A stretch of 48,449 bases of DNA, filler included, from an uncultured virus (IMG/VR IMGVR_UViG_2049941000_000080) (12 parts of one record of this genome joined end to end with filler, not necessarily neighbours in it); one strand, 5' to 3'; numbered from the whole stretch's first letter, positions 10,037 to 20,987 are shown. Notes: a model not told the origin generated them from the sequence alone. Translations and numbers: made by a program.

Positions 10037-10525
10037 AATCGTACCGAGTGACGGGTTGCAGAGATACCAAGCGTCTTTATCCTTGACGTTTGTCTTGTGG
10101 TCTACGCTCCAATCTGCCCAACCGCCGTTTATCTGTTCCCCGGTCAGACATTTATCACGATAATCTCTGAAAACGTCTCCCGAACTAACTGCGGTCGGTG
10201 GAGTTCCGCACATAATCGTCTGCGGATTCTTTGACGATGACGTAACGTAGTTTAAAGCGGTCTGATGTGCCTTTGTGTACTCTTGAGCCTCGTCGATTAC
10301 GAGCAAGTCATAACCGCTACCCAAAGCACCCGACGATGTTCTCGTTCTAAAGTCGATAACACCGCCGTTATTCAGTTCTATTCGTTCCTTGCCGTAGGCT
10401 TTGTACGAACTCTTTAACTTAATACCCAGAGCCTCTAATCGGTTCTTTAACCTTTCCCAAGCGATGTGGGCCGTGTCTGTGAGGTGTGCGGTATGTAAGA
10501 TATGTTCGCCATTTGCGACCAATCC
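10037..10525 (-). CDS. terL: Terminase large subunit ATPase fragment (scaffolded in reverse)
   Basis: Walker B LLVIDEAQE, coupling motif GTPP; overlaps the 13078-13178 sequence. Confidence 0.9.
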
Positions 10526-10744
10526 NNNNNNNNNNNNNNNNNNNNNNNNNNNNNNNNNNNNNNNNNNNNNNNNNNNNNNNNNNNNNNNNNNNNNNNNNNN
10601 NNNNNNNNNNNNNNNNNNNNNNNNNNNNNNNNNNNNNNNNNNNNNNNNNNNNNNNNNNNNNNNNNNNNNNNNNNNNNNNNNNNNNNNNNNNNNNNNNNNN
10701 NNNNNNNNNNNNNNNNNNNNNNNAAAGATACGAGGTGGTAAGAA

Positions 10745-11974
10745 GTGAACGGAATCGCTTATTTGAAAAATAAATTAAGAGCGAAGAAAACGAGAGTTGA
10801 TCTGCGTTATAAGTGGTATGAGCAGAAAGCACAAGTCGTTGACTTGGGTATATCCACACCCGAGGGCCTTGAATGGTTATCTATCATCAGTGGTTGGTGT
10901 ACGAAAGCCGTTGACAACCTCGCAGACCGCTTACAGTTTGACGGGTTTGAAGATGATGTCTTTGATTTCGTTACGATGTTCAATCAGAACAACCCCGACA
11001 TTCTGTATGATGACGCTATCTTATCCGCTCTTATCACTTCCTGCTCTTTCGTTCTCATTACGAGAGGTGAGGAAGATGCAGAGGGTAACCGCAAGATACG
11101 TTTCCAAGTCATAGACGGCGGTAACGCAACGGGAACTATTGATGACTATACCAAGTTACTCACCGAGGGTTATGCCGTTCTTGATCGTGACGATAAGGGC
11201 AACGTGACCCGTGAGGCATACTGCACACCGGGAAGAACCGAGATATATGAGAGCGGTTCAAAAGACCCCGTAGCAATCGAGACATTCAGCTCACGCTATT
11301 GTGCATTAGTTCCTATCATATACAGACCCGACGCAAAGCGTCCCTTTGGACACTCAAGAATAAGCCGTGCTTGTATGGACTACTCAAAGGGTGCTATGAG
11401 AACCCTTAAGAGAATGGAAATATCCGCAGAGTTCTATTCATTCCCACAGAAGTACATTACGGGTCTTTCGTCAGACGCAGAAAAAATGGATAAGTGGCAG
11501 GCTACAATGTCCGCTATGATGTCATTCACAAAGGACGAAGACGGAGACAGTCCGACAGTAGGACAATTCCAAGCAGCTACGATGTCACCTCACATCGAAC
11601 AGATTAAGGGTTATGCCTCAATGTTCGCAGGTGAGACGGGATTATCCCTTGATGATTTAGGCTTTGTAACGAGCAATCCGTCAAGTGCGGAATCAATCAA
11701 GGCATCACACGAGGGGTTGAGACTGACTGCAACAAAGGCCCAGAGGTGCTTTGGTGTCGGATTCAAGAACGTGGGATATATCGGTGCTTGCATTCGTGAT
11801 AACGTCGATTATCAGAGAGAAGAAGTATTCAAGACAAAGGCTATCTGGAAACCGACATTCGAACCCGATGCGTCTATGCTCTCAAGCATTGGTGACGGAG
11901 TAATCAAGATAAATCAGGCGATACCGGGATTCATTGACGGCTACAAGATGAGCAGAATGACGGGTATTGAGTAA
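10745..11974 (+). CDS. Portal protein, r1t/SPP1 Gp6-like (allele fragment 13588-14011)
   Basis: GWCTKAVDNLADRL, RPFGHSRISRA, SAEFYSFPQKY, NPSSAESIKA; GTG start at 10746. Confidence 0.92.
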   Translation: MNGIAYLKNKLRAKKTRVDLRYKWYEQKAQVVDLGISTPEGLEWLSIISGWCTKAVDNLADRLQFDGFEDDVFDFVTMFNQNNPDILYDDAILSALITSCSFVLITRGEEDAEGNRKIRFQVIDGGNATGTIDDYTKLLTEGYAVLDRDDKGNVTREAYCTPGRTEIYESGSKDPVAIETFSSRYCALVPIIYRPDAKRPFGHSRISRACMDYSKGAMRTLKRMEISAEFYSFPQKYITGLSSDAEKMDKWQATMSAMMSFTKDEDGDSPTVGQFQAATMSPHIEQIKGYASMFAGETGLSLDDLGFVTSNPSSAESIKASHEGLRLTATKAQRCFGVGFKNVGYIGACIRDNVDYQREEVFKTKAIWKPTFEPDASMLSSIGDGVIKINQAIPGFIDGYKMSRMTGIE

Positions 11975-12650
11975 TGGCTAACTTTGAAGACATCAAAAAG
12001 GCATTCCGAAAAGCCGTTGACAGTGACCCCGACGTAAGGAAGATATACGCAGACCTGCAAGACCTGCCGACATACGCCAATGCTATGAGGCTTGCCAATA
12101 AGATAGGCGAGGATTTAGGCAAGGTGCTTGTCAAGTTTGCTCCCGAATTGAGCGTTGACGATTTGGAACTTGCCGACATACTCCCAAAGGCTCTTGGTTT
12201 AGACCACGCTCAAGTATCAGCTGCTTGCAAGCAGGTTCAAGAGAAGATGAACAAGCAGGCAGGCTTGGGCATCAAGTACAAAGAACCGCAGTTCAATATG
12301 GATAAGGCTCTTGGCTTGGCAGATGAAATCAGAGGCATTACGGACGAGGGTACACTTTCGCAGGCTCTTGTTGAGCGTATCAAGAACTTCTCGGAATCAG
12401 TCGTAGACGATTCGATACACGACAATGCAAGCGTTATCGCTAACGCAGGCATTAAGGCGTACATCGTCAGAACGGCAGAGGCGAAGTGTTGCGATTGGTG
12501 TGAAGAAGTCGCAGGCACTTATGACTATTTCGAGGTAAAGGACAAGGGCAACGATGTATGGCGTAGACACCTCGGGTGTCAATGCGATATTGAGTTCATC
12601 ATAGATCGTGGCGGTACATATTCCGCATCACAGGTCAGAAACTACAAGAA
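11974..12650 (+). CDS. Minor head/MuF-like protein (3' end allele 12661-12778)
   Basis: CCDWC..AGTY..VWRRH.GCQC; lies between portal and TerL. Confidence 0.75.
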
Positions 12651-12834
12651 NNNNNNNNNNCAAGGACAAGGGCAACGACGTATGGCGTAGGCATCTTGGG
12701 TGTCAGTGCGATATTGAGTTCATTATAGATCGTGGCGGTACATATTCCGCATCACAGGTCAGAAACTACAAGAAGTGAGGTGGTCTTTATGAGATTACAT
12801 TCACGGGATAAGCCAGAAAGGAGACTGCAACTGA

Positions 12835-13178
12835 ATGACTAAAATCGGGAATCAACTCCCGACTATTTCAGTTGTATTGCCTTATGAGAAATCATACGGC
12901 GATGAAGCAGTCCAACTATACAATATGAGCGGTAACGTCTGTCAGGAGTGGCAGGCGTTAATGCTTAATGACATTATGGCGGTCAATGATGACGGCCTTT
13001 GGGTACATACCAAGTTTGGTTATTCCGTACCGAGACGAAACGGCAAGACCGAGATCCTCACACAACGAGAAATGTGGGGATTGGTCGCAAATGGCGAACA
13101 TATCTTACATACCGCACACCTCACAGATACGGCCCACATCGCTTGGGAAAGGTTAAAGAACCGATTAGAGGCTCTGGG
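12835..13178 (+). CDS. terL: Terminase large subunit N-terminus
   Basis: GNQ.PT, WQ motif, Walker A VPRRNGKT, ILHTAH. Confidence 0.93.
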
Positions 13179-14022
13179 NNNNNNNNNNNNNNNNNNNNNN
13201 NNNNNNNNNNNNNNNNNNNNNNTTAATTAATTAANNNNNNNNNNNNNNNNNNNNNNNNNNNNNNNNNNNNNNNNNNNNCCAGACGGCATATTGCCCTCAT
13301 TGTGGCAGAAAGATGAAAGGCAGGTTTGTAAATGAATAAGACACNNNNNNNNNNAAGGTATGGGAAAAATTTAACCGCCTTGTCTCAAGAGATCGACATG
13401 AGTAATCTTTGCACCGGAGTAATACCTTACTACATTGACGATGAAACAAACACCAAAGTGGTGGGTGCAAAGGTAAGTACAGGCTTAGTGCTCGACGTAG
13501 ACAGGAATCAGGCGGTAGACTTCAGCTCTGACGTAGATCCTGAGAGCGCAACACCTNNNNNNNNNNGAAGATACGAGGTGGGAAGAAGTGAAAGGAATAC
13601 CTTATTTAAAAAATAAGTTGAACGCAAAAAGGCCAAGGGTGCTCTTAAGATACAAGTTTTACGAGCAGAAAGCAACCGCTCCCGACTTGGGCATATCAAC
13701 ACCTCAAGGCTTGGAGTGGCTTGCTCTTATTAACGGCTGGTGTACCAAGTCGGTTGATAACCTTGCAGACAGATTGCAGTTTGACGGGTTTGAGGACGAT
13801 GTTTTTGACTTCCTTACGATGTTCAATCAGAACAACCCCGACATTCTATATGATGACGCTATCCTGTCCGCTCTCATTACGGCTTGCTCTTTCGTACTCA
13901 TCACAAGAGGTGAGAAAGACGCAGAGGGCAACCGCAAGACACGTTTCCAAGTTATAGACGGCGGTAATGCAACGGGTGAGATTGACGATTATACCAAGTT
14001 GCTTACAGAGGNNNNNNNNNNT

Positions 14023-14262
14023 ATCGAAACTCAAGAAGAACTTAACAATATCATCAAAGACAGGCTTAAGAGAGAGCGTGAGAGCACAGAAAAGCGTTTT
14101 GAGGGTTATATCTCACCCGAAGAACACGCAAAGGCTCTTGCAGAATCAAACAAGGCTTTTGATGACTACAAAAAGGCTCACGAGGGCGATGAGGCACTTA
14201 TCAAAGACCTTACGGCAAAGAACAAATCATACGAGACTGCATCGTTAAAAAGCAGGATTGCT
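14023..14262 (+). CDS. Capsid scaffolding protein, internal allele fragment
   Basis: IETQEELNNIIKDRLKRER identical to the 17284 gene. Confidence 0.8.
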
Positions 14263-14272
14263 NNNNNNNNNN

Positions 14273-15050
14273 AGAGGCCAACCTCGTTGGTGAGGGTGAG
14301 GCAAAGGCAGCTCACACAAACGGCAAGGACATCGTAAAGATNNNNNNNNNNTAATCTCTGCGGTATGACACCTATCGCATTTAGCGGTACAGACGTTATG
14401 GTCTTCTCTTTCGACGGCGAGGCTAATCTCGTTGGCGAGGGTGAGGCAAAGGCAGCTCACACAAACGGCAAGGACATCGTAAAGATNNNNNNNNNNAATC
14501 GAATACGGCAACCCTGACAACTCCGAGGCAGGCGACCTCAAGGGACACAATCAGGTATATCTCCGTGCAGAGGCTTGGCTCGGTTGGGCAATCCTTGACG
14601 GCAAGGCATTCGCAAGAATCGAAACTGCATCTTCCGGTTCTTGATATGAAGTACCGCAACGTGAAGACGGGAGCGGTNNNNNNNNNNNNNNNNNNNNNNN
14701 NNNNNNNNNNNNNNNNNNNNNNNNNNNNNNNNNNNNNNNNNNNNNNNNNNNNNNNNNNNNNNNNNNNNNNNNNNNNNNNNNNNNNNNNNNNNNNNNNNNN
14801 NNNNNNNNNNNNNNNNNNNNNNNNNNNNNNNNNNNNNNNNNNNNNNNNNNNNNNNNNNNNNNNNNNNNNNNNNNNNNNNNNNNNNNNNNNNNNNNNNTGC
14901 TCGTGGTCTTGACATCATGGCTATGCACGGAGTTAACCCGAAGACAGGCGTTCTCGCTACAACTCTCATCGGTGCTAACTCTTTCGACACAAACGAGGAC
15001 GTTACTTCCGTAACATACAACTCCGCAGACCCCGAGGGCAACATCGCAAG
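14273..15050 (+). CDS. Major capsid protein allele fragments (also 18978-19214)
   Basis: Near-identical to 17625-18455 (e.g. DLKGHNQVYLRAEAW, GVNPKTG). Confidence 0.85.
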
Positions 15051-15150
15051 NNNNNNNNNNNNNNNNNNNNNNNNNNNNNNNNNNNNNNNNNNNNTTAATT
15101 AATTAANNNNNNNNNNNNNNNNNNNNNNNNNNNNNNNNNNNNNNNNNNNN

Positions 15151-15791
15151 TTTATCTGCCTTGCCTGTCATCATATCGGGCCTGACAACCCTTTTGTTAG
15201 ATTTGGCGAACTGGCTCTCGAGCGGTGGTGCGGAAGAAATGATTGACGGACTGTTGAAGATGCTTGCAACTATCCTCAATAATCTCGCATTGATTTTACC
15301 GCCTCTTATGGTTGCCCTGACAACTGTAATTTCCGAGGTCGCAAAGGCTCTTACCAAGCCAGAGAACGTGGAAATGCTGCTCGATGCGATAATTACTGTC
15401 ATCGGTGCTATTGCGGTTGCTATCTGGGANNNNNNNNNNACTCACCAAGCCAGAGAACGTGGAAATGCTTCTCGATGCGATAATTACTGTCATCGGTGCT
15501 ATTGCGGTTGCTATCTGGGAATCACTTCCCGTAATTTGGGATATGATAGTCGGCGTTCTGAAAAATCTGGGTGATTTGGTCGGCGATTTCTTATATGCCG
15601 TAGTACCCAAAGTCGCAGGTACGCTCGAAAAAGTCATCAACACNNNNNNNNNNTCTCACCAAGCCAGAGAACGTAGAAATGCTACTCGATGCGATAATTA
15701 CTGTAATCGGTGCTATCGCCGTGGCTATTTGGGAATCGTTGCCCGTCATTTGGGATATGATAGTCGGCGTTCTGAAAAATCTGGGTGATTT
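15151..15791 (+). CDS. Three allelic tape measure protein fragments
   Basis: Same peptide as 1-281 with mostly synonymous differences. Confidence 0.85.
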
Positions 15792-15802
15792 NNNNNNNNN
15801 NT

Positions 15803-16221
15803 GGACAACCTAAAGGCTTTGAACCGGACGGAAGAATAGAGCATACGCAGACAGGCAATAGCAAGTGGGGACAGATCAAGTCTTCAATGTGGGAGATAAT
15901 CAGGAACCCAGACATAACAGAGAACTTCTTTTTGTTCAATGATGACTTCTTCATAATGCAACCATTCGAGGGTGAGTTCATCAACTACGTTGACGGAACA
16001 CTCGAAGAACGGATTATAAGCGGTCACAAAGTCGGTGGCATGAATCCGTATTTAAGAACGCTATACAAGGCGGAGCAAGAACTTAAGGGAATGAGATACC
16101 CGACAATGAACTATGACGTTCATTTGCCAATGCTTATGAATAAGCAGCTTGTAAGAGAATCAATAGACAAATGCACATCACCGCAGATGCGGAGCGTTTA
16201 CGGAAACATCAACCGCATACC
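15803..16221 (+). CDS. Stealth-family hexose-1-phosphate transferase, central part
   Basis: DITENFFLFNDDFFIMQP (CR2-like NDDFF) and YDVHLPMLMNK (CR3-like H.P). Confidence 0.7.
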
Positions 16222-16321
16222 NNNNNNNNNNNNNNNNNNNNNNNNNNNNNNNNNNNNNNNNNNNNTTAATTAATTAANNNNNNNNNNNNNNNNNNNNNNN
16301 NNNNNNNNNNNNNNNNNNNNN

Positions 16322-17239
16322 TGCTTGGTATCTCACCAACCCGTCTTTAGGAACTATCCTCACGGAGAGAATCATACAAGACGAGATAAACGGAGACGAT
16401 ATCGACTTCAATATCCAAAGATTAGGCTTGTGGATTCGCTATAACCAACAGTCGGCAATATCGGCCCCGTCTTGGGACGAATTGAAAGTAGACAAGCTGC
16501 CCAAGTTCACGGGTAACCTTTTCGCAGGCGTGAAATTTGGCGTAGACGGGCAGAACGTAGTGCTCTCGGTAGCGATCAAGACAACNNNNNNNNNNAAGGT
16601 ATAACCAACAGTCTTCAATCTCCGCACCCTCTTGGGACGAATTGAAAGTTGATAAGCTGCCCAAGTTCACGGGTAGCCTTTTCGCAGGCGTGAAATTCGG
16701 TGTAGACGGGCAGAACGTAGTGCTCTCGGTAGCGATCAAGACAACGGACGGCAAGACATTTGTTGAGGCTATTGATTGTCGAGACCAACGAGAGGGCAAC
16801 AGTTGGATAATCAACTTCTTAATGAAAAGTGCCGTCAAGCAAACACTCGTAGACGGGGCATCTGGAGTACAGACGTTCTTGAAAGATTGTAAAGAACAGA
16901 AGTTAAAAGGTGTCAAAGAGGCAGTCACTAAAGAAGTTGTGCAGGCATCGTCTGATTTCGAGACCGCTATCGCAAACAAGTCAATCTGTCATAGNNNNNN
17001 NNNNAGCATCGTCTGATTTCGAGACCGCTATCGCAAACAAGTCAATCTGTCATAGTGGGCAACCTGCCTTGAGACAGAGCGTTACTAATTGTCAACACAG
17101 GGCAATCGGTAAGGGTGGCGGTTATGGATATAAAACTCTTGATGACGATATAGAGGTCGCTCTGATAGAGGCAACTGTACTGGCAACTCACCTCTGCAAT
17201 AACTTCAAAGAGGTTAAAAAGCAGAGCGTAAGTTACTGA
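16322..17239 (+). CDS. terL: Terminase large subunit C-terminal fragments (overlapping alleles)
   Basis: NPSLG..FNIQRLGLW..LFAGVKFG..VDGA..HSGQP.L..R.IG.GGGYG. Confidence 0.88.
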
Positions 17240-17283
17240 TAAATTACGTTACCGAACGGGAAATCGGGAGAAAGGATAAAACA

Positions 17284-17604
17284 ATGGCAGATTTAGGAGA
17301 GAACGCATTCAAGCCAATAGAGACCCAAGAGGAACTTAACAACATCATCAAAGACAGGCTTAAGAGAGAGCGTGAGAGCACAGAAAAGCGTTTNNNNNNN
17401 NNNCACGAGGTCGGACTTTCCTATGAATGGATTGGTCGCATAAGCGGTGAAGACGAAAAGTCTATAAGAGCAGATGCGGAATCCTTGAAAAAGTTGGTCG
17501 GAACGGGGCAGACGGTCGTGTTACCGACTAAAAACCCAGAGGCTAATGAGAATACCGCAGACAGTAACTACAAGCAGATTCTCAATAGTATACAAAAATC
17601 TTAA
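17284..17604 (+). CDS. Capsid scaffolding protein (DUF4355-like), gapped
   Basis: FKPIETQEEL..RISGEDEKSIRADAE; directly before MCP. Confidence 0.8.
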   Translation: MADLGENAFKPIETQEELNNIIKDRLKRERESTEKRXXXXHEVGLSYEWIGRISGEDEKSIRADAESLKKLVGTGQTVVLPTKNPEANENTADSNYKQILNSIQKS

Positions 17605-17624
17605 ATGCAAAGGAGAAAAACAAA

Positions 17625-18455
17625 ATGGCATTTACATCAGCTAATTTCCCTGCCGAAATGGTAAAGGAAGTATTCGTAGGAGCGAAGGGACACTCCGCAA
17701 TCGCAAAGCTCTGCGGTATGACACCTATCGCTTTCAGTGGCACAGACGAGATGGTATTCGACTTTGACGGCGAAGTAAATCTCGTAGGCGAGGGTCAGGC
17801 AAAGGCAGCTCATTCCAACAGTAACAGAGTTGTGCATATGGTTCCTCGTAAGATCGAGTATGGTGCTCGTGTATCTGACGAGTTCCTGCGTTGCTCTGAC
17901 GAGAAGAAGATCGAATACCTCAAGGCATTCAACGAGGGTTTTGAGAAGAAGATTGGTCGTGGTGTTGACATTATGGTATTCCACGGCGTAAACCCGAAGA
18001 CAGGCGTTCTTGCTACAACTCTCATCGGTGATAACTCTTTCGACACAAACGACGATGTTACTTCCGTAACATACAACGCCGCAGACCTCGAGGGCAACAT
18101 CGACACCGCAGTTGAGGCTATCGGTGACTACGAAATGACAGGCGTCGCAATGTCAAAGACATTCTCAACTGGTCTTTCCAAGATCAAGGTTAATGGAGTT
18201 AAGCAGTACCCCGAACTCGGTTGGGGAGCACAGGCATCTTCTATCAACGGCGTACCTGTTGACATCAACTCAACAGTTTCTTACGTTGACGGCGAGTATG
18301 CTTATGCAGGCGATTTCGCTAACGCTTTCAAGTNNNNNNNNNNTGACCTCAAGGGACACAATCAGGTATATCTCCGTGCAGAGGCTTGGGTCGGTTGGGG
18401 TATCCTTGACGGCAAGGCATTTGCAAGAATCGAAACAACATCTTCCGGTTCTTGA
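17625..18455 (+). CDS. Major capsid protein (HK97 fold, r1t-like)
   Basis: V.GHSAIAKL, KIEYGARVSDEF, GDF..AF, NQVYLRAEAWVGWGILD..AFA. Confidence 0.92.
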   Translation: MAFTSANFPAEMVKEVFVGAKGHSAIAKLCGMTPIAFSGTDEMVFDFDGEVNLVGEGQAKAAHSNSNRVVHMVPRKIEYGARVSDEFLRCSDEKKIEYLKAFNEGFEKKIGRGVDIMVFHGVNPKTGVLATTLIGDNSFDTNDDVTSVTYNAADLEGNIDTAVEAIGDYEMTGVAMSKTFSTGLSKIKVNGVKQYPELGWGAQASSINGVPVDINSTVSYVDGEYAYAGDFANAFKXXXXDLKGHNQVYLRAEAWVGWGILDGKAFARIETTSSGS

Positions 18456-18456
18456 T

Positions 18457-18645
18457 ATGAAGTACCGCAACGTGAAGACGGGAGCGGTCATTGACGTGCC
18501 GTCCAAGATTAGCGGTAAGAATTGGGAACTTTTAGACGGGGGCAAGGTTGAAAAACCTGCTCCCGTTGTTCTCGATGCAACCGCCACGGAAGAAGTCAAA
18601 CCCGTCAAGAAGACGAGAAAGACCGCAAAGAAAACAACAAAGTAA
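18457..18645 (+). CDS. Small Lys-rich protein after MCP
   Basis: MKYRNVKTGAVID..ISGKNWE..KKTRKTAKK. Confidence 0.7.
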   Translation: MKYRNVKTGAVIDVPSKISGKNWELLDGGKVEKPAPVVLDATATEEVKPVKKTRKTAKKTTK

Positions 18646-18657
18646 GAGGGCAAGAAA

Positions 18658-18967
18658 ATGTCAGATTATGCAACAGTAAACGACATCAACCAGTTAAAGC
18701 GACCCTTGACATTTGACGAGCAGAACAGAGCAAAGAGGTTAATACCGATAGTCTGTTCTCTTATCCGCTACGAGGCAGTAAAGACGGGCAGGAACTACGA
18801 CGATATGATACTCAAATCCGAGTTAGTCCCAATCGTCGACATTCTGAACGGCAACGGACAAGAAACGGAGTACGCACTTTCGTACATTCCGCAGGGTATG
18901 GTCGCAATCACTGTCACTGGTGTTTACCTTGCAGACGGCTATACCATATCGGAAAAGGCTCTCACGT
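18658..18967 (+). CDS. Head-tail adaptor (Gp19/Gp15/Gp42-like), N-terminal part
   Basis: YATVNDI..RPLT.DEQ.RA..L; overlaps fragment 20648-20696. Confidence 0.8.
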
Positions 18968-19539
18968 NNNNNNNNNNTGTTTCTGACGAGTTCATTCGTT
19001 GCTCTGACGAGAAGAAGATCGAATACCTCAAGGCATTCAACGAGGGTTTTGAGAAGAAACTCGCTCGTGGTCTTGACATTATGGCTATGCACGGAGTTAA
19101 CCCGAAGACAGGCGTTATCGCTACAACTCTCATCGGTGACAACTCTTTCGACACAAACGACGATGTTACTTCCGTAACATACAACTCCGCAGACCCCGAG
19201 GGCAACATCGCAAGNNNNNNNNNNNNNNNNNNNNNNNNNNNNNNNNNNNNNNNNNNNNTTAATTAATTAANNNNNNNNNNNNNNNNNNNNNNNNNNNNNN
19301 NNNNNNNNNNNNNNGAAAGAAGCAGGCGAGAAGTCGGGCAAGTCATTTGGCAATGCTATGGCTAAAGGTCTCAAGGCTACGGCAACAGTCATTGCAGGNN
19401 NNNNNNNNNNNNNNNNNNNNNNNNNNNNNNNNNNNNNNNNNNNNNNNNNNNNNNNNNNNNNNNNNNNNNNNNNNNNNNNNNNNNNNNNNNNNNNNNNNNN
19501 NNNNNNNNNNNNNNNNNNNNNNNNNNNNNNNNNNNNNNG

Positions 19540-19842
19540 GGCAGACTTCCGTGGTCTGCCCTTTCGTCATTTATAAGCAATCTACAACTTGATTCTGCCC
19601 TTGCCCGTGAGATAGGCGGTTATGCAGGGTGGGAATCGACATACAAAACGAATCTAATACTTGCCGATATTTATGACGTATTGCAAGCAATCGCATTAAG
19701 TTTCGGCGGTAAAAAACATAAATTCAAGCCTTATCCAAGACCATTCGATAAGGAAAAGAAGAAAAAGAACATCGGCAAGGGTGCTCTTGCATCTGTCGAT
19801 GATTTAAGAAATTGGTTTAAGGAGAAACGCAATGGCAGATAG
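19540..19842 (+). CDS. Tail assembly chaperone frameshift extension (gpT part)
   Basis: GRLPWSALSSFI..DSALARE..W..TNLILADIYD..KPYPRP..; stop overlaps the TMP start; missed by ORF track. Confidence 0.75.
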   Translation, partial: GRLPWSALSSFISNLQLDSALAREIGGYAGWESTYKTNLILADIYDVLQAIALSFGGKKHKFKPYPRPFDKEKKKKNIGKGALASVDDLRNWFKEKRNGR

Positions 19843-20031
19843 TGGCGGTTTTGAAATTGCAAAGGCCTATGTGACTATCATTCCGAGTTTCAAGGACGGA
19901 CAGACAACTATCCGCAAAGAACTTGGCGATGTTACCGACAGTGCATCTAAAGAGGCAGGCGAGAAGTCGGGCAAGTCATTCGGCAATGCTATGGCTAAAG
20001 GTCTCAAGGCTACGGCAACAGTCATTGCAGG
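19832..20031 (+). CDS. Tape measure protein N-terminus (allele 19315-19398)
   Basis: EIAKAYVTIIPS..AG..SG..FG. Confidence 0.85.
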
Positions 20032-20116
20032 NNNNNNNNNNTAATTTGAGGCGTTGCAATGGCTAAATCAGGACTGACAAAGATCGAGTTTTCCAATGAG
20101 GGTATGNNNNNNNNNN

Positions 20117-20458
20117 TCCCCTTACTTTGCTAATGTCGTTGCAGGCGATTTACCGCCTAACTTCCCTACACCCATTTTGAGGGTAAGACAGACGGGCGGT
20201 GGAACGGCAAACACCATTGATAATTTCAACGTGTCGATTGACGCAAGGGCAGAGACCGATGTCGGAGCACTTGACCTTATCCGTAAGGCACAGGGCGTTC
20301 TTGAGGCACAGTGCAAGGCTCAATACGGCTTTCTCCGTCACGTTGTAATAAACAGTCTGGCTCAATGGGGGAGCGACCCCGTGAGACCTGACTTAAAACT
20401 ATGCACCTTATCGGCAACGATAACGGCACATAGAGAATCGCTCAACATAGAATCTTAA
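20117..20458 (+). CDS. Tail terminator protein, partial
   Basis: LP.NF..P.LRV.QTGG..DP.RPDL; directly before the major tail protein. Confidence 0.7.
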   Translation, partial: SPYFANVVAGDLPPNFPTPILRVRQTGGGTANTIDNFNVSIDARAETDVGALDLIRKAQGVLEAQCKAQYGFLRHVVINSLAQWGSDPVRPDLKLCTLSATITAHRESLNIES

Positions 20459-20474
20459 GTAAAGGAGAAATACT

Positions 20475-20635
20475 ATGGCATCAAACGATGTAAATTTAGG
20501 CATTGGCTACTCTGGAATGATGTACATCGGTGAGGTCGGCACGGCTACAATCCCTGCAAGTCCTATGGACACTCTCACGGGTTTTACAGAAGTCGGTGCT
20601 ATCGACAGCGACGGCATCACAGTCAACTTCAACAA
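20475..20635 (+). CDS. Major tail protein N-terminus
   Basis: RBS AAGGAG; GF.EVG.IDSDGIT. Confidence 0.8.
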
Positions 20636-20647
20636 NNNNNNNNNNAT

Positions 20648-20986
20648 GGTGTTTACCTTGCAGACGGCTATACCATATCGGAAAAGGCTCTCACGTTCGA
20701 TTCTGCACCCACGGGCGAGATATTAGTAATGTATGACTATCGTGCTCTTGCAGAGGTCGTAAAGGGCGTTGTATGTGACGTGGTTATGAGGGAATTAAAT
20801 ACCCCGAGTAATCAGTTACCGGCAACAACCTACTCGGAATCCGCAGGCAACGTATCACAGTCTTACACCTTACCTAACGCCTCGGGGGCCATTAAATTGT
20901 GGAAATCAGACCTCAAGGCTCTTGGTCTCTTGAGACAGAAGATAGACACCATTGATCTAATGCCGACCCGTAAGAGGGGGTGTTGA
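20648..20986 (+). CDS. Head-tail adaptor C-terminal part
   Basis: VVKGVVCDVVMR..SESAG..S.SYT..G.I.L.KSDLKALGL.RQ. Confidence 0.8.
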   Translation, partial: GVYLADGYTISEKALTFDSAPTGEILVMYDYRALAEVVKGVVCDVVMRELNTPSNQLPATTYSESAGNVSQSYTLPNASGAIKLWKSDLKALGLLRQKIDTIDLMPTRKRGC

Positions 20987-20987
20987 T

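Noticed and set aside
10037..10525. Invertible terL segment
   Set aside because: Bounded by gaps, with no inverted repeats or invertase; scaffold orientation artefact
13588..14337. Novel fusion proteins in the ORF track (portal-scaffold, SSB-initiator 41348, MTase 43890-44855, adaptor-MCP 18658)
   Set aside because: Chimeras created by translating through N gaps
15151..15791. Near-identical repeats as DGR template/variable repeats or tandem duplications
   Set aside because: Differences are mostly synonymous and not adenine-specific; no reverse transcriptase; each copy is flanked by 10-N joins
10745..18455. Portal-before-terminase gene order as a novelty
   Set aside because: Matches the known r1t-like head module arrangement
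16422..18653. Long minus-strand ORFs over structural genes
   Set aside because: Antisense shadows of well-supported + strand genes, with no recognisable motifs
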